DNA of 34,544 bases from a virus (lineage: Duplodnaviria; Heunggongvirae; Uroviricota; Caudoviricetes), in IMG/VR virus record IMGVR_UViG_2529292736_000012; one strand, given 5' to 3'. A program made the position numbers and the translations under genes. Of this stretch, positions 27,970-34,544 are shown piece by piece. The first letter of the stretch is position 1. Each line of letters opens with the position of its first letter. Under the pieces are notes generated by a model. It was not told the origin of the DNA. It saw nothing but the letters and a program-made list of their open reading frames with translations, and ran no database searches.

Positions 27970-28460
27970 TCAAGAATGAGATAACGCAGTACATGGTCGG
28001 TGATATTCCAGGCGCTTGAACTGCAAATAAAACGCCCCAGCCGGATATCGATATAAGCCATCACAAAACGGGGCATTCCCTGTTCGCACATTCTGTTATC
28101 CACCTCAGCAACAATGTGGACTGACTCACAGGTCAGCACGCCCGTCGCAAACTCTTTTGCCAGTGCGGGGATGGTATTACCTTCCACCCAGGGTAATGAG
28201 CGACGCCAGTTGCACCACACCGCATCATCAACAGCAGGCTGTTCAGTTGCGCTTCGTCTTACAGGCGGCGTCGGACGCGGGCGCGGAACGTCATAAAATC
28301 CGTTGCATTCGGTGAGAACGCCGGCATCAACCGCATCACGCAGGAAATACACCATTGATGAGGAAGGCATCTTCATTTTTTCAGCCAGAACTCCGCAGGT
28401 CAGGCGTCCGTAAGCCCGTAATAATGTGCTGACACCATTCAGAATTTTTGCATCAACCAT
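27930..28460 (-). CDS. Mu gp11-like early protein with possible N-terminal winged-helix fold
   Basis: 176-aa ORF; synteny. Confidence 0.6.
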   Translation of the reverse strand: MVDAKILNGVSTLLRAYGRLTCGVLAEKMKMPSSSMVYFLRDAVDAGVLTECNGFYDVPRPRPTPPVRRSATEQPAVDDAVWCNWRRSLPWVEGNTIPALAKEFATGVLTCESVHIVAEVDNRMCEQGMPRFVMAYIDIRLGRFICSSSAWNITDHVLRYLILDCSPVPATVQEVA

Positions 28461-28558
28461 GTTTTATTCCTCAGTAATCTTTTTCAGGCGCGAGCAATCC
28501 CCTGACGCATCGCGCCATAATTAAAAGAATGTGAATTAATTAAATATTAATGGTGGTA

Positions 28559-29083
28559 TTAAATACCGGCTTCCTGTTCAAATGGAATAATGGAAAAATC
28601 TTCAATTCCCGATTTAACCGTAATTCCGGCAACACCTGCGACGGCTTTTGGTTCCAGTAAAATCGCCTCCTTGTTGATTTCCTGCTTCGTGCGAATAAAG
28701 CGTTGCAGGCCAAGGCGCTCCAGCGTTTCCATCACTGCATCCATACCACGAATACTTACTGATGGTGGACGGACCCGCCACGATACATCACCGGTGACAA
28801 GATTCGCCGTCTTCACTTTGCCGCCGTTCGTCAGTTCGTCGCGGTTCGCTTCACACCATCCCTGAACGCCTTTTGAAAGGGTTTCAATATCGGTTTTAAT
28901 CGGTGCAATCCGGGCCGCAAATTTCTCCGTAATTTCCGCGATGGCATCATTCATTTCCGTTTCCAGACGTGATGCTTCGCGCTGTAAATCCCCGATGCGT
29001 TTAATATCGATAATCACCGCATCGCGGTTTTGTGGCACATAAGCCGCTGCGGCACTTTTGATGCGTTTTGCTGGTTTAGCCAT
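28559..29083 (-). CDS. gam: Gam (Ku-like DNA-end-binding host nuclease inhibitor)
   Basis: 174-aa ORF MAKPAKRIKSAAAAYVPQNRDAVIIDIKRIGDLQREASRLE... recognised as Mu Gam. Confidence 0.9.
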   Translation of the reverse strand: MAKPAKRIKSAAAAYVPQNRDAVIIDIKRIGDLQREASRLETEMNDAIAEITEKFAARIAPIKTDIETLSKGVQGWCEANRDELTNGGKVKTANLVTGDVSWRVRPPSVSIRGMDAVMETLERLGLQRFIRTKQEINKEAILLEPKAVAGVAGITVKSGIEDFSIIPFEQEAGI

Positions 29084-29102
29084 AAATTAAAGCTCCTGTT
29101 AA

Positions 29103-29402
29103 TTAATATCCGCTGTATACAATGCTGGATACAGCACGATTGCTTAATTCCATCTTTCGGGCAATGACATGAATATCCAGCCCTTCTTTATAAAGTTCAC
29201 GACACAAATATTTATCGTGTTCACTGACCTGGTATGCACATAACGATATTCCGTGCCTTCTGGCATGTGCCCGGAGGGCGGTTGTGGCGACGTTCAGTTT
29301 TTCCGCCATTTCTTCAACGGTCATTTTTCCAACGTTGGCTTCAATAAATTCCCGGTCTTCGCGTGACCAGTGCTTACGATTACACTTCATGTCAGCCACC
29401 AT
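29103..29402 (-). CDS. Mu gp9-like early protein with HTH-like segment
   Basis: 99-aa ORF; TVEEMAEKLNVATTALRAHARRHG resembles a helix-turn-helix. Confidence 0.6.
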   Translation of the reverse strand: MVADMKCNRKHWSREDREFIEANVGKMTVEEMAEKLNVATTALRAHARRHGISLCAYQVSEHDKYLCRELYKEGLDIHVIARKMELSNRAVSSIVYSGY

Positions 29403-29822
29403 TCAGTACAGCAGAGGCTCGCGCATTGATGCCGGAATATGCCGCAGCGATAGCTGAACGGCTTTCAGGGCAAGCGAGGAATAACAGCAGCGCGCCCAGC
29501 TTTTTGCCATTAATCGGTAATCGCGCCAGATACGCTGCCACGTTTCACGTGCTTTCGGGTCTGATACACAGATGTATTCCCGGTCCATGACGTATTCCCA
29601 TAAATCCACGTTGAACGCACCGCCAAACGCAATGGCGCGGGAAATGCTTTCACCGCAATAACGCGCACAGATGCTGTAATGGTCGAAAGCAATCAGGTAA
29701 GTCTTTTCACCATAACCATCAACTTCACGCGCACAAATAAACTCGCGTAATTCACCACCGTTGTTATTACGTTCCCGGATTCGGATTAATGCCTGAATTT
29801 CATTTCGGATTTTGACGTTCAT
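29403..29822 (-). CDS. Mu gp8-like early protein
   Basis: 139-aa ORF; synteny. Confidence 0.6.
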   Translation of the reverse strand: MNVKIRNEIQALIRIRERNNNGGELREFICAREVDGYGEKTYLIAFDHYSICARYCGESISRAIAFGGAFNVDLWEYVMDREYICVSDPKARETWQRIWRDYRLMAKSWARCCYSSLALKAVQLSLRHIPASMREPLLY

Positions 29823-29842
29823 TGTCAGCGCTCCTTTGCGAA

Positions 29843-30112
29843 TTAATGTTTAACCGCATTCACCGGACGTGGTACTAAATCACATTCAGCTTCCATACCC
29901 GCTTTCTTCATAGTGGTCAGCATCTCATCTTTGGCCTTTTTAATAATTTCAGGAGCCATAGTCAGGACGATATTTGCCAGTAAATCATGAGGCCCGGTAT
30001 TTTCCGTTGGCGAGATATCTGCAAGACATGCTTTTGCATCCAGAACTTCTCTGCGCCCATTGCAACCGTCACTACTTTCCAGCCATGTAAACTCAAAGAT
30101 AACTTTTGCCAT
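29843..30112 (-). CDS. Mu gp7-like early protein
   Basis: 89-aa ORF; synteny. Confidence 0.6.
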   Translation of the reverse strand: MAKVIFEFTWLESSDGCNGRREVLDAKACLADISPTENTGPHDLLANIVLTMAPEIIKKAKDEMLTTMKKAGMEAECDLVPRPVNAVKH

Positions 30113-30123
30113 TTTGCTTCTCC

Positions 30124-30336
30124 TTATTGATTAACGGGCGTTGCATTTGTGATTTTGTTAAGTTCACAAAGCACATTTTCTGCGTGATGATGGTTGCCGA
30201 CATGAACGACCAGCCTGTGACCACCAACAAATTCAAAAGCAACACCGCCCTCAACAGTCGTTTCCATTACATTGACATTATCAAGGTTGATTAACTTACT
30301 AATTCCCAGATTATCGTGAATATTTATCACCATCAT
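30124..30336 (-). CDS. Mu gp6-like early protein
   Basis: 70-aa ORF; synteny. Confidence 0.6.
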   Translation of the reverse strand: MMVINIHDNLGISKLINLDNVNVMETTVEGGVAFEFVGGHRLVVHVGNHHHAENVLCELNKITNATPVNQ

Positions 30337-30343
30337 TTAAATG

Positions 30344-30571
30344 CTATCTCCAGATTATCTGACAACCATTAAGACGGGCCGTCCATACAGAACGGGCCAC
30401 CCCGGACTTATGCTCCATAATTCTGACCGCGTTTTTTACCAGTTCCACCGGTGGGTAAGTGATTTCAAGAATCGGACGCGCCACGCCGAGATATGATTCA
30501 TTTACATGGCTCCCGCGCGCCTGTAACCAGTTCTGCGCATCCGTTGCCATTTTTATATTTCGGGCCATCAT
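30344..30571 (-). CDS. kil: Kil (host killing / cell-division inhibition protein)
   Basis: 75-aa ORF immediately downstream of B; sequence [19 protein letters not shown]... recognised. Confidence 0.8.
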
Positions 30572-30586
30572 AATTTCTTCTCCTTC

Positions 30587-31525
30587 TTAATTACGCAGCA
30601 GCGTTGAAATATCAACGTCCAGGTCTAATTCACGGAAAGCCTGACGCAGATAATCTTCGTTAACACGCTCACCTTTACCGTGAGCCGTCATGGCGGCAAG
30701 GCGAAGTGAATGATTCAGAATGCGAAGCGCACCTGGTTTCTGCGCAATCTGCTGTAATAACTCCAGTTCTTTTTCGCCGTTAATCTGCCAGGCATCCGCA
30801 ATAGCTTTTACATCGGCTTTTTTGGTTTTATTAATTGCAGTGCGCTTTGCAATACGGGAAAACAGACGGGCAAATTCAACCGTTCTGTTACCCCCCGTCA
30901 TATTTGAATAAACCCGGTGATTTCCCATCAGCACAAGGCCAGTGCGGGTTGATTCCTGTAACAGGCGGAGTTCTTCCAGAACTTCGGCACCAAGATGATC
31001 AGCTTCGTCGATGATAACCAGCCCCTGTGTACCTTCAAGGCGACGTCGCAGGGCGCGGGAGAGCGGCCCTTTACGGCGTGGTGCGTCATTCATTCCCAGC
31101 TCAAACGCCAGTTCAGTAAGACATTCCAGAACGCTGGCACAGGATGGCGTAATGGTGATCATCCAGACATTGTTATTGGTGCGGCGATATTCACGGGCCG
31201 CTTCGGTTTTGCCCACACCAGGATTGCCACATACAACAGCAATACTTTCAGTCAGGCTGGCAAAACGCATACTTGTCCAGATTTGTTTTACCGTCTGCGT
31301 TTCCACAAAGCGGGGCGGTTCAGGTAGTTCTGCAACTGCATGATATTTTTCCAGCCAGCGTTGCAGAATTTGTGAAACACGCTCGTTATCCCCGTTGTAC
31401 TTATCATTGATAAAACTACTGATAGTTCCGGTAGAAAGTCCGCTCTCAAGAGCAATTTGTTTAAAGGTGGTTTCTTCATTTTCTACAAGCGTGCGCAGTC
31501 CTGCGCGAATATCGGAAATATTCAT
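30587..31525 (-). CDS. B: Transposition target-DNA activator MuB (AAA+ ATPase)
   Basis: 312-aa ORF with Walker A GNPGVGKT and Walker B VIIDEADH; sequence recognised as Mu B. Confidence 0.95.
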   Translation of the reverse strand: MNISDIRAGLRTLVENEETTFKQIALESGLSTGTISSFINDKYNGDNERVSQILQRWLEKYHAVAELPEPPRFVETQTVKQIWTSMRFASLTESIAVVCGNPGVGKTEAAREYRRTNNNVWMITITPSCASVLECLTELAFELGMNDAPRRKGPLSRALRRRLEGTQGLVIIDEADHLGAEVLEELRLLQESTRTGLVLMGNHRVYSNMTGGNRTVEFARLFSRIAKRTAINKTKKADVKAIADAWQINGEKELELLQQIAQKPGALRILNHSLRLAAMTAHGKGERVNEDYLRQAFRELDLDVDISTLLRN

Positions 31526-31563
31526 CTGAATAACCTCGTAATTAAATCTTGTTTAAACGTTAA

Positions 31564-33555
31564 TTAAATGGCTTTTTTACGTCTGTTCTGTTCCAGTATA
31601 TCCAGCGAATGATTCAGATATTCATCACGCTCAGTTTCGTATTCATCATCACGCTCCTGATTCTTCACTCGTTCCGTATTACCGGAAGGCCGGAAAATGC
31701 CGACAATTCGTGATTCTGGTGCTTCAGGTTCGGCTATCTGCGGCAGCAGCTCTGCCACTTCCAGTGCATCCATTTGTTTCTGTGCCTTAATTGCTGCTTT
31801 CGTCGCAGATTTCAGTTGTTTCTGGCGGCGGCGATATTCACGGCCTGCCGCAGCATCATTAAACGCAACAGGTGCCAGACATTCCGCTTCACAGATAAAC
31901 CGACCGTCCAGGGTGTAGCAATAAACCGTGCTGTGTAGCTGTTGTGGATCAAATCTGACCACAACTTTTTTCACTCCGGCATTCATTAACGCCATGTTGT
32001 AATAAACGTTTTTCGCGCCTTTAAGGGAGCCGCCAACTTTAAGCGTAAACTCGCCTTTGCGTGAAACGTTCACCGCCTCGGCAGGCAGTAACAGCATCCG
32101 TTTTTGTTCTTCGGTTGGCTTACGCACAATCGTTCTGGCGTATTCACGCTCGAAAACATCATCAAACGAGAGTTTGCCCCCGCACATTTCTGTTTCACGG
32201 CCTGTTCTGGCATTGAACATCGCCACACCTTCGGCAAGGGTTTTCAGAAACAGCTCTGCATCAACAGCGCGGTCGCCATAGTTATCAGGTTTTGCCTGCG
32301 GATTAGGCCCCGTATATGCGCCAGCCAGTGCCGGATGCTTATCAACGTATTCCTCAAGCCCACCAACACCGAAAGCACGTTCAACAGGTTTTGCCTGGCC
32401 CCAGCCTTTACCGGCAACAACGCTTGTCCAGTGCATTTTCGCCCCCATCAGTAAAAACAGTCCTTTTGGATCGTCCTCTTTTACCTTAAAGCGGTAGCGA
32501 TTGGGCGCGCCTCCCGTCAGCCATTTATTCGCAGCACCACGGGTGTTATCAATGGTGATGTGAAAATCCTCCGGGATACCGTAGCGAGTCACAACATCCA
32601 TGAACGAGAGGCGAATTGAATCAATGTTCTCGCTCACATCGCAGCGCCAGCCCAGAATTTTTCGGGTTTTCACATCCTGCCAGAACCATGTTTTCGGGCG
32701 GATCACATCACCGTTAAACCAGCGTACAAAGACGTTATGCAGATAACCGTCGCCGTTGATCCACTGCATGGCGTCCAGGTGTTCCACAGTTCGCTGCTGT
32801 GCCGGTATCAGATGCATCAGTGCATGTTCACCTTCACGACAGGCAACAACCATTGCCTCGTCCAGTTGCTGAATCCGGCGAAAGGCCGTGGCACGGGAGG
32901 GAATACTCCAGCCATGCTCGCGGGCTGCCAGTTCCAGACGCTCATAACATTTGCGGAAGGCGGGTTTTTCCGGTCGCAGATAATCTGCAATCAGAAACTG
33001 CCAGGCATCCTCGTCAAATTCACTTTTGTGAACGTTGCGACGGGATGCACCACGTCCATCAACAAGCGCAGCCGCCCAGTCAGGCTTCGCAAACTTCTGT
33101 ACCTGGTAATACTTGTCCCGCAAAGTGGATGCGCTGACCTGGTAATGCCCTGCAACGGTCGCAAAAGCCGTTTTTGTTGAAATCCCCTGGTTCAGCATTT
33201 CGTCTGCAGCCTGAACCGCAGGCAACCATTTTTCAGCAAGTCTGCGCTGGGAATCGCTGGCGTTATCCCATTTGCTCCACAGTGCCTCACGATCATAATC
33301 ATGGGCTTCCAGCGTGGGGCGGGCGATTTCAAAATACCCCAGGCTTGTTTCAATCTCTCCTTGTCTCAGCAATAACGCCGCTTTCGCTTCAACAGGTAAA
33401 GAGTTCGCATTGTATTCAATTGCTTTACCACCTTTGACACCTGCTCTAGTGCGGTTTTGCCATCCTTGCTTTTTAGCAACATAAATCACACCAGCCGATG
33501 TTTTCGGCAAACCAGGAAGATTCGCACACTCTTTCGGTGATACCCAAAGTTCCAT
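31564..33555 (-). CDS. A: DDE transposase MuA
   Basis: ORF is open from 33564 (MNNMELWV...) but the recognised MuA start is [32 protein letters not shown]..., giving 663 aa and a start 2 nt after the ner stop. Confidence 0.95.
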
Positions 33556-33556
33556 G

Positions 33557-33784
33557 TTATTCACCTGCTTGATATCGGCTAGGCCAGATTACTTCCGGTT
33601 TAGTTTCTAAGGCGTTAGCAATAATCTGCTCACCCTTTGGCCAGTGTCGTTCTAGCGCATTAGCTAATGTAGTTGGCGCATAACCAAACTGCCGGGAAAG
33701 AGCTGATAAAGAGAGCTTTCTTTTCTTAAGTCCCGCAATCACATCCGCACGATGCCAATCACGGGCCTTTTCGTTGGAACACAT
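33557..33784 (-). CDS. ner: Ner (early negative regulator, DNA-binding)
   Basis: 75-aa [51 protein letters not shown]... recognised as Mu Ner. Confidence 0.9.
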
Positions 33785-33953
33785 TTAAAAACCCTCCTAA
33801 GTTTTGTAATCTATAAAGTTAGCAATTTAACTAAGTGTAAAAACTTAGCTAGCTTGCTAAAAAGATAATTACTGAAAAGCTTTTTGTAAAGCTGCTTTTT
33901 AGTAAATTCCTTTGATTACTGATTAACGCATTGATAAATAAAGGATTTAAATT
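33785..33953. promoter_or_regulatory. Divergent c/ner control region: repressor operators, early promoter, repressor promoter, transposition enhancer
   Basis: AT-rich 169-bp divergent intergenic region with repeated CTTTT(T)-N-(G)TAA(A/T)-like motifs: CTTTTTGTAAAG, CTTTTTAGTAAA, CCTTTGATTACT, GTTTTGTAATC. Confidence 0.7.
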
Positions 33954-34544
33954 TTGAAAAGTAACTTTATAGAAAAGAGCAATACTGAAAAGTCAATTTG
34001 GTGTTCGCCGCAAGAAATTATGGCTGCTGATGGTATGCCTGGATCTGTTGCTGGTGTTCACTATCGAGCAAATGTTCAAGGCTGGACGAAGCGGAAAAAG
34101 GAAGGTGTCAAGGGGGGGAAAGCTGTTGAATACGATGTGATGTCGATGCCCACCAAAGAACGAGAGCAAGTTATTGCGCACTTGGGGTTATCCACACCGG
34201 ATACTGGTGCTCAAGCCAATGAGAAACAGGATTCTTCGGAACTGATAAACAAATTAACCACAACCTTAATCAATATGATTGAAGAGTTGGAACCAGATGA
34301 AGCACGCAAGGCACTGAAACTTTTAAGTAAAGGGGGGTTGTTGGCGTTAATGCCTCTTGTATTTAATGAACAGAAACTTTACAGCTTTATAGGATTTTCA
34401 CAGCAAAGTATTCAGACGTTGATGATGCTAGATGCATTACCTGAAGAAAAACGCAAAGAGATTTTGTCAAAGTATGGGATTCATGAACAGGAAAGTGTTG
34501 TAGTACCTTCACAGGAACCACAGGAGGTAAAAAAAGCCGTATAA
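33954..34544 (+). CDS. c: Mu repressor c
   Basis: 196-aa ORF starting at TTG; MKSNFIEKSNTEKSIWCSPQEIMAADGMPGSVAGVHYRANVQGW... recognised as Mu Repc; stop codon is the last triplet of the window. Confidence 0.9.
   Translation: MKSNFIEKSNTEKSIWCSPQEIMAADGMPGSVAGVHYRANVQGWTKRKKEGVKGGKAVEYDVMSMPTKEREQVIAHLGLSTPDTGAQANEKQDSSELINKLTTTLINMIEELEPDEARKALKLLSKGGLLALMPLVFNEQKLYSFIGFSQQSIQTLMMLDALPEEKRKEILSKYGIHEQESVVVPSQEPQEVKKAV

Noticed and set aside
28461-28558. AT-rich 98-bp spacer after gam with palindromes (GGTATTTAATACC; GGCGCGA...TCGCGCC), considered as a possible internal promoter or protein-binding site
   Set aside because: Not reported as a feature: short AT-rich palindromes are common and I have no independent evidence of function.
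33555-33564. Longer start for the transposase (MNNMELWV, ATG at 33564)
   Set aside because: It would overlap the ner stop by 8 nt; the recognised MuA N-terminus begins at MELWV (33555), so the shorter start is preferred, though the upstream ATG cannot be excluded.
1-34544. CRISPR arrays, tRNA/rRNA genes, restriction-modification or other known defence modules
   Set aside because: I saw no regularly spaced direct repeats, no tRNA-like structures and no ORF with recognisable methyltransferase, restriction endonuclease, Cas or toxin-antitoxin signatures; coding capacity is accounted for by phage and IS genes.

Overview
The window is a reverse-oriented, nearly complete Mu-type transposable prophage, with Mu-left-end genes at high coordinates and the tail fibre gene at low coordinates. 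From right to left it reads: c repressor (+ strand), then on the - strand ner, transposase A, B, kil, about ten small early ORFs including gam, gemA and mor, late activator C, lysis genes, terminase, portal, head genes, sheath/tube, tape measure, N, baseplate genes P/Q/V/W/R and tail fibre S. Two insertion sequences interrupt it: a 1310-bp IS3-family element (IS629-like) inserted 8-9 nt into baseplate gene P, and the 5' end of an IS21-family istA transposase abutting the 3' end of S, where U, the rest of the invertible G segment, gin and mom would be expected. Gene names and gp numbers are assigned from recognised protein sequences and gene order, recalled from memory, not from a database search. 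I found no CRISPR array, tRNA/rRNA or recognisable defence system; the most interesting signals are the IS-mediated disruption of the tail module, a possible antisense ORF in the early region, and a lysis ORF with unusual spanin architecture.
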